From contig JAHPZE010000005.1 in NCBI GenBank assembly GCA_019058365.1, positions 128,001-192,000 of the forward strand: a stretch of 64,000 nt of DNA, given 5' to 3'. Origin of the DNA: Promethearchaeota archaeon. Its GTDB lineage: Archaea > Asgardarchaeota > Lokiarchaeia > Sigyniarchaeales > SOKP01. The position numbers and the translations under genes are program-made. Below, piece after piece: positions 38,152 through 48,463 of the stretch (positions within the stretch are counted from its first letter, which is position 1; each line of letters starts with the position of its first letter). The notes beneath the pieces were generated by a model, which saw only the letters and a list, made by a program, of their open reading frames with translations, made no database searches and had not been told where the DNA came from.

Positions 38152-39741
38152 ATGATTACAGAGAATGTTATTATTAAGGATTGGCGCAAAATTGATATTT
38201 CTTTCGGATTAATTTACCCAAATAAATATACACTTGGTATGTCTTCATATTCTATTAGACTTCTTTATTTCTTAATAAATTCTTTTGATAATATTGCCTG
38301 TGAACGGATTTTCCTTCCGGATAATTTATACATAAAATTTCCTGCTTCTAAAGATTATTCTTCAAAGAATAATTTGAGATCCCTTGAAAATAAAGTATTA
38401 CCAGAAGATTTTGATATTTTAGGATTTTCATTGCATTTTGAAAATGATTTTAAAAATGTATTATGGATCTTAGAAAAAGCAGAGATTCCCATAACTTTTC
38501 AGGAACGTCTAAAAATGATCAGTAAAGATAAAGCTCAATTTCCATTATTAATAGCCGGAGGTCCGGTAGTAACCTCAAATCCAATTCCATTGAGTAAATT
38601 CTTTGACATTTTATTTATCGGGGATTCAGAGCAAAATTTGAAATATTTCTTTGATTTGTATCAAGTTTATAATATTCAAAAAATACAATTTAAAGAATTT
38701 TTAGAAAGAGCAAAAAATATAGAAGGGCTTTTTATTCCTGCTCTTCAAAATAATGCAAAAAGAGTTATACTCAAAAATCTTGATGATTCACCTACACCTA
38801 TTTTTCAATTAATTTCTAATCAATCTAGTGTAGAATCTATTTTTGAAAATTATTTTTTTATAGAAATAAACCGTGGTTGTCCATTTAAGTGTAAATTTTG
38901 CATCTCTTCTTTTCATAATCATCCATTCCGGAACAGAAGTTATGAAAACATAATTAATTCTATTCAAAAAAGTATAAAATATTCTAAATTTGAAACAATT
39001 AGTCTTATAGGATCTTGTGTATCATCACATCCTAAATTTGAGCAAATTTGTGAATATATAATAGATAATGGTAAAAGATTAGCTGTTCCTTCAATTCGAG
39101 TAGAACATTTAACTCAAAATATAATTACCATATTTGAAAAAGCGGAAATTAAGACAATCACAATTGCACCAGAAGCTGGTTCAGAAAGATTAAGATATAA
39201 TCTTGGAAAAAAAATCGCAAATGAAAAAATCCTTTCAATTTTGGCTCAAATTAAAGATTCTCAAATCAAAAATGTAAAATTTTATTTTCTAATAGGATTA
39301 CCTAATGAAAAAGATGAAGACATTGATGCAATAATTAATTTATTAAAATCAATAAATCGATTAGGTTTTAGAAAGAATTCATTAAGAGTAAATATTAACC
39401 CGTTTATTCCAAAACTTAACACCCCTTACGAAAAAGAGACAACCTTCTACTTGGATGAAAATTTACCCAAATTAACAAAGAAATATCAAAAATTGGATAA
39501 GGAACTTAAAAACATAGAGTCAATAAAGTTGAGGTTTAAAAATTTCAAATCAATTATTAAAAATGCTAGACTTCAAGCAATGATTTCTTTAGGAAATAAA
39601 CAGGTTTCTGATTTACTTTTAGAGTATTATAAAGATGGAGCCACTTTTAGTACTCTACAAAAAGCAGAAAAAGAATTAAAGTTCTCTCTAAATGATTATC
39701 TATTAAAAATTAAAGAATGCTATAGTCCTTGGATTATATAA
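38152..39741 (+). CDS. Radical SAM protein with an N-terminal B12-binding-like domain, function unknown
   Basis: EINRGCPFKCKFC (CxxxCxxC), APEAGSERLR, YFLIGLP and YPNKY.LGMSS motifs. Confidence 0.85.
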   Translation: MITENVIIKDWRKIDISFGLIYPNKYTLGMSSYSIRLLYFLINSFDNIACERIFLPDNLYIKFPASKDYSSKNNLRSLENKVLPEDFDILGFSLHFENDFKNVLWILEKAEIPITFQERLKMISKDKAQFPLLIAGGPVVTSNPIPLSKFFDILFIGDSEQNLKYFFDLYQVYNIQKIQFKEFLERAKNIEGLFIPALQNNAKRVILKNLDDSPTPIFQLISNQSSVESIFENYFFIEINRGCPFKCKFCISSFHNHPFRNRSYENIINSIQKSIKYSKFETISLIGSCVSSHPKFEQICEYIIDNGKRLAVPSIRVEHLTQNIITIFEKAEIKTITIAPEAGSERLRYNLGKKIANEKILSILAQIKDSQIKNVKFYFLIGLPNEKDEDIDAIINLLKSINRLGFRKNSLRVNINPFIPKLNTPYEKETTFYLDENLPKLTKKYQKLDKELKNIESIKLRFKNFKSIIKNARLQAMISLGNKQVSDLLLEYYKDGATFSTLQKAEKELKFSLNDYLLKIKECYSPWII

Positions 39742-39777
39742 AATAATGAGATTTAAAATATAAAATTTAAAAAAAAA

Positions 39778-40281
39778 TTAAGTAATTTGTCTAAAAACCT
39801 TTTTTGCTGCTCCACAAACTGGGCAATTATCAGGTGGATCTCCTTCATGAGTATATCCACAAATAGGACATATGTATACGTCTTTTTTCTCTAAATCCTT
39901 GCCATTCTCAACTGCTCCAAGAGCAGTAGAATATAATTTGTGGTGAACTTTTTCTACTTCGTTAGCATAAGTAAATGTTCTTTCTGCATCCTTGTTTCCT
40001 TCTTTTTTGGCTGCTTCAAGAAACTCAGGATACATTTTTGTAAATTCATAATGCTCCCCTTCTATAGCAGCTTGTACATTTTCTTTTGTTGATTTAATTC
40101 CACCAAGGACTTTAAGATGATTATGGGCATGAACCGTTTCTGCGGCAGCAGCAGCTCTAAAGACTTTTGCTATTTGAGGAAACCCTTCTTGATCTGCCTT
40201 TTGAGCAAAAGCTAAATATTTACGGTTTGCTTGTGATTCCCCTGCAAATGCTTCTTTTAAACCTTCTTCTGTTTTTGACAT
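39778..40281 (-). CDS. rbr: Rubrerythrin
   Basis: AFAGESQA..KY, ETVHA, EKVH and a C-terminal CPICG...CPVCG. Confidence 0.95.
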   Translation of the reverse strand: MSKTEEGLKEAFAGESQANRKYLAFAQKADQEGFPQIAKVFRAAAAAETVHAHNHLKVLGGIKSTKENVQAAIEGEHYEFTKMYPEFLEAAKKEGNKDAERTFTYANEVEKVHHKLYSTALGAVENGKDLEKKDVYICPICGYTHEGDPPDNCPVCGAAKKVFRQIT

Positions 40282-40441
40282 GTTATATTCACATTACATT
40301 TTACTTTAAAATTATATTAGGAGATTTTTTAACTTAGTCTTTATAAATCATAAATTTGAAACTTAATCTAAGATTTCTAAATTGTGATAAAGATTTTTAA
40401 ATTTAAATAATTCGACAAAAGATTTTAACCTTAAAATCCAA

Positions 40442-41242
40442 TTAATCTAAAAGGATTTTTTTAACAGCATTTACGATGCGAGTTAAATAATGTTCGGCCA
40501 TTCCAAATTTAATATGTGAATGAAAAACCAATATGATGAAATATTTACTCTGAACATATTCTGAAAATATGAATCTTTTATCTTTTAATGTATAAAAGAG
40601 CTTTAAAATGGAATTATTATGAATTTTAACACGAAATTCAACTTCTTTTAAAAAATTCTTCAAATCTAATTTGTTATAGGAAGAATATATTACCTTTCCT
40701 CTGTCAGTTAAAAGAATAGTCCCATCAATTTCGTCAAATCCAGTAACTTTTTTCATATATTCTATAATTTGCTCTTCAATCTTTGAATTGAACTCACTAC
40801 TAAATGTATCAGCAATAATTTCTTCAATAACGCCATTTAATTCAACGTCAAATACGATTTGTTTATCTATATTTATGTTCTTTTTACTCATATAGATAGA
40901 AAGTCGTTTATTAATTTTTGAAATTGCATCCTCCAAAAAATTTTCATTTTCAATTGTATCACATAAAATATTATAATTTAAAAGACCTTTTTCAAAAATT
41001 ACAAATTTTACATCACCCATTTCTAATGTTTTGAATTTTTTTCCAATCATTTCTTTAGAAAAGGACATTAAAGCTGTGATGAAGGGAGAGACAAGATTTT
41101 TCTCAACCTTAAAATAATCTGTAAAATTTTTACCATAAAAGCACACTCCAGATCTATTAAATATAAATAGATTGTGAATGTTTGTATTATCAAAAGATCT
41201 CTTAATTATTGACGACAAGGGTAGTTTGTCTTGTATTCCCAT
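40442..41242 (-). CDS. Probable longin + roadblock/LC7 fusion protein (Asgard-type)
   Basis: N-half IHNLFIFNRSGVCFY...LVSPFITALMSFSKE is longin-like. C-half IDGTILLTDRGKVIYS...KFGM is roadblock-like. Confidence 0.6.
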   Translation of the reverse strand: MGIQDKLPLSSIIKRSFDNTNIHNLFIFNRSGVCFYGKNFTDYFKVEKNLVSPFITALMSFSKEMIGKKFKTLEMGDVKFVIFEKGLLNYNILCDTIENENFLEDAISKINKRLSIYMSKKNINIDKQIVFDVELNGVIEEIIADTFSSEFNSKIEEQIIEYMKKVTGFDEIDGTILLTDRGKVIYSSYNKLDLKNFLKEVEFRVKIHNNSILKLFYTLKDKRFIFSEYVQSKYFIILVFHSHIKFGMAEHYLTRIVNAVKKILLD

Positions 41243-41299
41243 GATAAAGTATTAAAAAATAACTATAAAAAGCACTGACTTTTCAGTTTTATGCCAATT

Positions 41300-42319
41300 T
41301 TAAAAATTAATATTATCTAACTCGTCTGTCCAGGTTTGAACACCTTTAAAATTTAATTTTACTGGTAGTAGTTGAAACCCTTCCTTAATTATTTTTTTTT
41401 TTAATATGTATTCAGATCCTATTCCAGCTAAGATCGTAGCAGATCCGCCCCCTCCAGCACCATTTAATTTGAATCCTATAGCTCCATTTTTTTCTGCGAG
41501 CTTTTCTATTTTTTTAATAGTCGGACTAACCATAAGAGGATGTAAATTCTTTTGAGCATCCCAATTCTTATTCATAACCTTTCCCATTAATTCAAGATTC
41601 TTTGAATTAATTGCCTTTTCCATTTCATATGCACAATTTTTTATGATTTCTAAAGATTTTAATGTAGATTTATCACCTTGTCTGTAATTACTTATTACAG
41701 CTTTATGCATTATATTTGAACTTCTTGAATTTAAATAAACTAAAATCAATTGATTTTCAAGTTCCCAACGTCTATCTTCATTAATATCCAGCGGAGATAC
41801 TTTTACGGAAGGATAATCAATCTCCATAAGGTTTACGCCACCATAAGCTGCAGCATACTGATCTTGAACTCCACTTTCTAACTTTAATTCATCAATCTCA
41901 AGTTTATGAGCTAATTCTGCAACTTTTCCTTGCTTTAAGTCTTTATGTGAAAAACGAGCTAATGCAGCAATTAAAGCTACAGCCACACTAGCACTTGTTC
42001 CTGTTCCACAACCAGGAGGAGCTTCTGCTTTAACATAAATGTCTATACCTTTCTCAATATCCATTCTTTTTATTGCTGCTTTTAACAAATCAAGATTACC
42101 ATCATACTTTATATTATGAAAATCTTGGAGTTCTGTATGTAAATTAAGATTCTCTGAAAAAATATTGATTCTATTTGATGAATTTGGGAAAATCCTAACA
42201 TAACTACATAGATCAATACAAATGGTAAAAACAGCACCGTTTGGATAAAACCACGTGTCAGTCCAGCCTCCAATATCACATATTCGGACTGGAGCTTTTG
42301 AGTAGATTACATTTTTCAA
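41300..42319 (-). CDS. GHMP-family sugar kinase (HddA/fucokinase/glucuronokinase-like)
   Basis: APVRI..GGWTD, PPGCGTGTSAS, GVQDQY and KLNGAGGGG motifs. Confidence 0.88.
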   Translation of the reverse strand: MKNVIYSKAPVRICDIGGWTDTWFYPNGAVFTICIDLCSYVRIFPNSSNRINIFSENLNLHTELQDFHNIKYDGNLDLLKAAIKRMDIEKGIDIYVKAEAPPGCGTGTSASVAVALIAALARFSHKDLKQGKVAELAHKLEIDELKLESGVQDQYAAAYGGVNLMEIDYPSVKVSPLDINEDRRWELENQLILVYLNSRSSNIMHKAVISNYRQGDKSTLKSLEIIKNCAYEMEKAINSKNLELMGKVMNKNWDAQKNLHPLMVSPTIKKIEKLAEKNGAIGFKLNGAGGGGSATILAGIGSEYILKKKIIKEGFQLLPVKLNFKGVQTWTDELDNINF

Positions 42320-42358
42320 TTTTTTTCGTAATTTTAAATTTAATTTCGAGATTAAAAA

Positions 42359-44167
42359 TTAAAAACTCTCTTTCTTTACGCGATGTTCTAAAAATTGATT
42401 CATCATGCGTGTGAATAGAAGATATGAGAATGGAAAAGAAATAATCCATAAAAGTATTCCTAATATTTTTGTATTATAGGTTTTTCTTTTTATATTAATA
42501 ATCTTTGGAATTCTGTAATATATTAGCTTTTTTTCATTATTTTTCTCACTCACTATACCTTTTCTATTATATCCTTTTTGGAATTTATTTAGCCTTTGAG
42601 GAGCGCGAAAATCCCTATAAATCCAAATAAACCAACCAGCAAAATAGTCTTTTGAATTAATAGTTCTAATGGTATAATCTAACACCTGCAATTGCTTTTC
42701 TTCGCTAAATTTCACCTGTTTATCCCAATCAGCATGGAATCCATATTTTGCCCCAGCTCCAAATTCCGTATAAATCCATGGTTTATTAAAAACGGGGGTT
42801 CTAATTAAATCTAAAATGAAACTAATCATCCTTTCATGTGGAAAATACCAACCAAAATAGGAATTAATCGTAGCAATATCCACCGATTTCCTTATTAAAT
42901 CAGGGATTAATTTCCTAGAAACAACTGTTACAATCCTAGTATTATCAATCTTTCTTGCTAAATCCATCAAGGATTTGATAAATTTAGAACATGCCATATT
43001 ATGCAGGGGAACTTCATTTCCAACGCTCCACCATATCACAGAGGGATGATTGATATCTCGCCAAATTAATTCCTTCAACATATTTGCTGCGGTTTTATAT
43101 GTTTGAGGATTTTTGAAATCACAAGACCAATATACAGGAATTTCTTCAAGTATTAGGATCCCAACCTTATCTGCAATATCGATTAAATCCGCATCATGAG
43201 AATAATGAGCTGTTCTAATAGCATTAAAACCAAGGGATTTGAAATTCAGAACATCTTCTTTTCGCTTTTCATGGGGAATTGTTCTTCCATAGGGCATATA
43301 TTCTTCATGTAAACTAACACCTTTCAAAACAATTTTTTCTTTATTTAAAATTAAATTGATTCCATTGATTTCAATTTGGCGTATGCCAAAATGGGTATCA
43401 AAAATCAATAATTCTTCAGTTTTTTGAGAAATATCATAAATTCTTAAATAATATAGATTAGGAGTGTTTGGAGACCATAATTTAGGATTATTTATGATTA
43501 AATTAAAATATCCTTTTCCAGATCTCTCAGGAACGTTTCCTTCATATAAAATATATGTCTTGGTGTCATCAAATATTTGCCATTTCAACGAAATTTCCCC
43601 TTTAATATTATAGGAAACGTCAATTCTACTCTTTTGCTTTGTGATTAATATAGTTTTGATAGTGACATTATTTAACCTATTCTTATATAAGATTGATAAA
43701 TCAACGTCCCTGTAGATTCCACCCCAATTAAACCAATCAAAATAAATCGCTGGTATTTGATCTTTTTTTCTTGTATTATCAATTCGAACGACAAGAAAAT
43801 TATCTCTTTCTTTAATTAAATTATTAACAATAAAAGAGAAGGGTGTAAACCCTCCATTATGTTCACCTAAAAATCTACCATTTAACCATACTTTCGAATT
43901 ATAATTAGTACCTTTAAATCTAATTTGATAATCGTTATTTTTAAGATCTTTTTCTTCATTTAATTCAAATTGATAAAAGTGCCAAAAAATGCCTTCAAAG
44001 TTCTCAAATCCATTTAAAAAATTAAAACTTTTAGGAATTTCAATATCCTTTAAATTTTTATCATTAAGATTATAATTTTCTGGAATGTACCATTTATTTT
44101 GAATACCAATATTCTCAATATCAGATTTGCATTTCCATTTTCCATTAAGAGAAATAGTTTTCATCAA
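42359..44167 (-). CDS. GH2 beta-glucuronidase-like glycosidase with a C-terminal hydrophobic helix
   Basis: DWFNWGGIYRDV, NAIRTAHY, WSVGNE (acid/base), TEFGA (nucleophile) and NRKG (glucuronidase N-K motif). Confidence 0.88.
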   Translation of the reverse strand: MMKTISLNGKWKCKSDIENIGIQNKWYIPENYNLNDKNLKDIEIPKSFNFLNGFENFEGIFWHFYQFELNEEKDLKNNDYQIRFKGTNYNSKVWLNGRFLGEHNGGFTPFSFIVNNLIKERDNFLVVRIDNTRKKDQIPAIYFDWFNWGGIYRDVDLSILYKNRLNNVTIKTILITKQKSRIDVSYNIKGEISLKWQIFDDTKTYILYEGNVPERSGKGYFNLIINNPKLWSPNTPNLYYLRIYDISQKTEELLIFDTHFGIRQIEINGINLILNKEKIVLKGVSLHEEYMPYGRTIPHEKRKEDVLNFKSLGFNAIRTAHYSHDADLIDIADKVGILILEEIPVYWSCDFKNPQTYKTAANMLKELIWRDINHPSVIWWSVGNEVPLHNMACSKFIKSLMDLARKIDNTRIVTVVSRKLIPDLIRKSVDIATINSYFGWYFPHERMISFILDLIRTPVFNKPWIYTEFGAGAKYGFHADWDKQVKFSEEKQLQVLDYTIRTINSKDYFAGWFIWIYRDFRAPQRLNKFQKGYNRKGIVSEKNNEKKLIYYRIPKIINIKRKTYNTKILGILLWIISFPFSYLLFTRMMNQFLEHRVKKESF

Positions 44168-44421
44168 AAGATCCCTACTTTACTAATTAATTCAATTATT
44201 TCCAATATGGAATTTATTATATCTTACTAAATTTATGATTACTTTTGAAACCTGCCCCCATTTTTACAAAATTTTGTCATTATAAAAATTGCATTTAGGG
44301 AGTTATTATTCATCGTTTAAGATGATATGATCTTAAAGTTTAAAAATAAGGAAGACAGATTAATATTTAAAATATAATTTTATTTAAATCATTTTTAAAA
44401 CATTATAGGAGGAATAAAAAA

Positions 44422-44622
44422 ATGGCTAAAAAAGCAGCAGGTGTTGAGGCTCTTTTTGTAAAAAGTAAAGTCCGAGAATATATTAAAGGTAAAGGATGCA
44501 ACACAAGTGGGGATTTGATTGATGGTCCTGCACTTAACGATGCTATCATTGGTGTTCTCGACAAAGCAATTGGAAGAGCCAAGGCAAATAATAGGAAAAC
44601 AGTCCAAGAAAAAGATTTATAA
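44422..44622 (+). CDS. Histone-fold protein with truncated alpha3 (face-to-face/bacterial-type class)
   Basis: LFVKSKVREYIK...NTSGD...RAKANNRKTVQEKDL ends just after RKT...D. An AGGAGG SD-like site lies upstream. Confidence 0.8.
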   Translation: MAKKAAGVEALFVKSKVREYIKGKGCNTSGDLIDGPALNDAIIGVLDKAIGRAKANNRKTVQEKDL

Positions 44623-44766
44623 TCTAAAATTTTTAATTTAGTTTTTTTTTCTTAATTCTTCTTTTTATTTTTACTACTATCTATTGGTGAAAATTACTAA
44701 TTTACTACTCTTTAGACATTTAAATTTGTTAAATTAGATTTTATAATTAGCACACATAACCCACTT

Positions 44767-44850
44767 AAAATAAAGAATAAAAATTCCTACCCAAATCGCC
44801 TTATACCTTATCCTCCTTTTAAAGGAAAAGGAATATTTTATTCTTATTTT
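44767..44850. repeat. Imperfect ~22-bp inverted repeat (hairpin) between convergent genes
   Basis: aaaataaagaataaaaattcct (44767-44788) pairs with aggaatattttattcttatttt (44829-44850). Confidence 0.5.
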
Positions 44851-44884
44851 ATCTCTTCCCTCAAATTATATTATTTTTTTATAC

Positions 44885-45403
44885 TTAAGGAATTTCTTTA
44901 TCAATAATAAAGAAACCTGTAGAAAATACGCTTTTTAATCTTTGAAGAGAATCTTTAAGTTTTTTAACGTCTTTATAGGGACCAGATACAGCAATTATTT
45001 CTAAACATTTCTTATATTCTAAATGAACATGCATTGTAGAAATAATAATTTCATGGAAATGATGTTGAATATCATTTTTTAAGATTTCATCAGTTTGTTG
45101 GACATTTGCATAGATAGATCTTGAGCTATAATCATGATCATGGTGTGTATCATCCAAGTGTTCATGAGAATGCTCATGATTCAGAGTAACATGTTCATGA
45201 GCCATCATTATTGTTATACATCCTACCACATTTTCAGATACAACAGAAATGTTTTCTTCTTGTATCATAAAAAGATGCATAGCCTTCCGTATAGCATCAG
45301 ATCTTGAAATTCCTAATTTATCTCTAAATTCCTCAAATTTATCATATAGATCTTGAGGAAGAGAAACTGTAAAACGTTTGTATTCTTCCATATTAAACAA
45401 CAA
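44885..45403 (-). CDS. nikR: NikR-family nickel-responsive regulator with a His-rich insertion
   Basis: Ribbon-helix-helix start RFTVSLP...SRSDAIRKA. Ni-site motifs IQHHF and MHVHL...CLEII. Confidence 0.85.
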   Translation of the reverse strand: MLFNMEEYKRFTVSLPQDLYDKFEEFRDKLGISRSDAIRKAMHLFMIQEENISVVSENVVGCITIMMAHEHVTLNHEHSHEHLDDTHHDHDYSSRSIYANVQQTDEILKNDIQHHFHEIIISTMHVHLEYKKCLEIIAVSGPYKDVKKLKDSLQRLKSVFSTGFFIIDKEIP

Positions 45404-45435
45404 AATTTAATGAAATTAAAATAGGATAAAAAAAA

Positions 45436-46170
45436 TTATTTTCTAATTAGGATCGCAATTGGTACACTAGCCTCACGCCACTGAGCGATTTTACCAGAAT
45501 ACTCGAGATCTAGCTTTACTCTACCATGATCTCCAATAATCATCATCAATGAATTAGGTCTAAGTTGTTTATAATTACCCAAAATCCACTTATCGGTTCT
45601 ATTTATCAACTTTTCAATCAAATCTTCTGGAGTTCTTTGCTTTAATTGTTGTTGTTGGTTATGCAGATTCTCAAAATCTAAATAATGCATCCAGGAAAGG
45701 TGGTGAGTATTTATAACTTTTGCACTTTCAACCCAAGTACTCATATCTGTATCTTTTGGAATAGATTTTGTTCCTCCATCATATCTATCTAAATCTTTTT
45801 TTCTGCCAATAAAACATGATGTTTTACCTGCATTGTTTATAGCCTTTAATAAATGAAATCCATTAGGTTCAATATTAAAACCACCATATATTATTTGATG
45901 TAATACTCCTAAAGTGTAAGGGTTCTTAGTGCTTAATAATAACATTACTTCAGAGTTAGTTATCATAAATTGTGGCTTAAGATAAGTAATCTCAAAAAGT
46001 CCGAAATTATCTATTAAATTTATGCTAATACGTTCGATGCCTTGATATAACTCTAAAATATGTTGAACTGGTTCTGGGATTGTACCATGTGGAGGCTCAA
46101 TATCTAATAATTTTAGCAGAGTTGCTGGTAATTGGTTAAGATAAGCCTTAATAGTTTGCAGTTCTGACAT
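45436..46170 (-). CDS. Small alkaline-phosphatase-superfamily (PglZ/phosphodiesterase-like) protein
   Basis: LIDNFGL, HYLDFENLH, IIGDHG and VPI resemble AlkP core motifs. Confidence 0.5.
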   Translation of the reverse strand: MSELQTIKAYLNQLPATLLKLLDIEPPHGTIPEPVQHILELYQGIERISINLIDNFGLFEITYLKPQFMITNSEVMLLLSTKNPYTLGVLHQIIYGGFNIEPNGFHLLKAINNAGKTSCFIGRKKDLDRYDGGTKSIPKDTDMSTWVESAKVINTHHLSWMHYLDFENLHNQQQQLKQRTPEDLIEKLINRTDKWILGNYKQLRPNSLMMIIGDHGRVKLDLEYSGKIAQWREASVPIAILIRK

Positions 46171-46288
46171 ATCTGTGCCCTAATGTTGAAAATGTAATTT
46201 ATTTTTTATAATTCTTAATATTATTAAAAAGATGATATAATTATAAAATTGTTATTACTTTAACTAATGAGTTTTATACTAATTTTAA

Positions 46289-47587
46289 ATGAAGAATAAA
46301 ATGAGAATATTATATATTGATTTACAAAATTCTGGAATTTCTGGAGATATATTTCTAGCGGCTCTTTTAGGATTAGTTCCTGAGTCTAATAAAATTGTGA
46401 AAGAATTAGAGGAATTAAAAAATATTTTACCTGGGGTTTCGAAATTAGAAATTAAATTAGTTAAAGCAGAAATCACTGGAATTCAAGTAAACAAATTAAA
46501 AATAGAAATTAAAGAAACCAAGGATCACCGGACAGCAACTATTCTTCAAAAAGCTTTAAAGGATTTTTTAGTAAATTCTCAAATTTCTGATTCTGCAAAG
46601 GATTATGCGAATAAAGTCTTGAATTCTTTGATTCTAGCAGAAGCAGAGGTTCATGATGAATTAGCTAAGAATATTCATTTGCACGAACTTAGTTCTGTTG
46701 ATACTTTAATAGATGTTATTGGAGTAGCAACTGCTCTTGATAGATTTAATGCTTTTAATAATAATGATTTAAGGATTTTTTGTAGTAAAATCCCTTTAGG
46801 TAGCGGTACTATTAATACAAAACATGGCATCTTAGCTATTCCAGCCCCCGCTACTTTAAAGATTTTAGAAAAATCAAATCTAATAACATATGGAGGACCA
46901 GTAGAATCTGAACTGACTACACCAACTGGAGCAGCATTATTAGCAAATTTAGAACCCCAAATTCTCCAATATCTTCCAGATATGAGAATTTTAAAAACTA
47001 ATTATAGCACAGGTCAGAAGATATTTGAAAATTTCCTGAATGTTTTAAGGCTATTTTATGGTGAAGATAAAGAATCAGATTTTTCTAATTTAAACCACCC
47101 ATTACAAAAATATGTCGAACAAGTCACTATATTAGAAACTGATGTCGATGATATATCTGGAGAAATTCTTGGAAATTTTATTTCAACTTTTGAGCATGAA
47201 GAAATTTTAGATGTTCAGATTTTACCTAGTATTACGAAAAAAAACAGACCCGGACATATCATTAAAGTCCTATGCTATCCAGAATATACTTTTAAGTTTA
47301 TTAAAAGAATGGTAGAAGAATTAGGGACACTAGGTGTAAGATTTAACATTATTAACCGTGTTTGCATTAATAGAAGAATTGAAAGAAAAAGTATTGATGT
47401 AAATGAAAAAACTTATGAGATAAACTATAAAATCTCATTTATAGAATCAGAGAAGGGAAAGGAAATGATTAATATCAAGCCAGAATATAAAGATCTAAAA
47501 AAAATTAGCGAGGAGACTGGTATAACTGTAAAAAAAATTCAGCTCTTAGTGAATTCTAAAATAAAACAAATCTACAACAATTTTTAG
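46289..47587 (+). CDS. larC: Nickel pincer cofactor biosynthesis protein LarC
   Basis: SGISGDIFLAAL, AEAEVH...IHLHE, HG..IPAPAT, ELTTPTGAAL, ETDVDDISGE, KKNRPG, TLGVR and KPEY motifs. Confidence 0.93.
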   Translation: MKNKMRILYIDLQNSGISGDIFLAALLGLVPESNKIVKELEELKNILPGVSKLEIKLVKAEITGIQVNKLKIEIKETKDHRTATILQKALKDFLVNSQISDSAKDYANKVLNSLILAEAEVHDELAKNIHLHELSSVDTLIDVIGVATALDRFNAFNNNDLRIFCSKIPLGSGTINTKHGILAIPAPATLKILEKSNLITYGGPVESELTTPTGAALLANLEPQILQYLPDMRILKTNYSTGQKIFENFLNVLRLFYGEDKESDFSNLNHPLQKYVEQVTILETDVDDISGEILGNFISTFEHEEILDVQILPSITKKNRPGHIIKVLCYPEYTFKFIKRMVEELGTLGVRFNIINRVCINRRIERKSIDVNEKTYEINYKISFIESEKGKEMINIKPEYKDLKKISEETGITVKKIQLLVNSKIKQIYNNF

Positions 47588-47661
47588 TCATGAAATTGTA
47601 CTTTGATAAGAATAATAAGAAAAAAAAATAGGTAGAAAACAAGTCTCAATGTTATGGCGAT

Positions 47662-48204
47662 TTAATATTTATCAACATTAAACTTGTGTAATATATACTC
47701 ATCTTCAACCATTTCTTTTGAAAAAGCTTTTAGTCTCGTAATTTCCTTTTTAATCTCCTTAACATTTCTTAATTTACCCAACTCTTGAAATAATTCGGAT
47801 GCTTCTTGGAAAGTCTGAATACATGTATCAAAGTTTCCCGATACTTCAAGATCTTCAGCTAGAAATACCAATCCTTCTGCAGTTTCTAATTTTTTACCTA
47901 ATTTTTTCTGTATTTTTAATGATTGGTAATGATATTTCATACTTTCAGGATATAGTTTAAAAAGAGAATAAGTTCTTCCTAATGTCCTTAAAACAAGTGC
48001 TTCTTCTTCGGGTAAATTATTTTCTCTGCAATGTGTTAAAATATCTTCTAGAAATTGAATATATTCAGATTTATTTTTAATTTGCGTTCGATCAATGCGT
48101 TCCATTGCTTTTTGGAAGTTCTCTAAAGTGTTAAGGATATCACCACTTTCAAAAAATTTCTTAGATTTCTCAAAAAGTTCAGTATGATTAATAGATGCGA
48201 CCAT
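47662..48204 (-). CDS. Tetratricopeptide-repeat protein
   Basis: EALVLRTLGRTY...Y.ESMKYH.QSLKI TPR pattern. Confidence 0.75.
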   Translation of the reverse strand: MVASINHTELFEKSKKFFESGDILNTLENFQKAMERIDRTQIKNKSEYIQFLEDILTHCRENNLPEEEALVLRTLGRTYSLFKLYPESMKYHYQSLKIQKKLGKKLETAEGLVFLAEDLEVSGNFDTCIQTFQEASELFQELGKLRNVKEIKKEITRLKAFSKEMVEDEYILHKFNVDKY

Positions 48205-48463
48205 CGGGGTCTCAACTACTTATTCTTAGATTTTTTTTTTTAGATATTATTAATTGAAAAATAAGTTCAATATTAATTATATTGATTTACCTATTTATAG
48301 TTATCTATCTTAAATTAAAGGACAAGAGATATCAAAAAGGGATAAAACAATGAATAATCTAATCGTTCACTTGAAGTAAAAAATTCATTAAATGAACATT
48401 TGATTAAATATATGTTTGATTAAATGGACTAGAACAAAAAAAAAAAAAGTAAAGTTAAAATAT

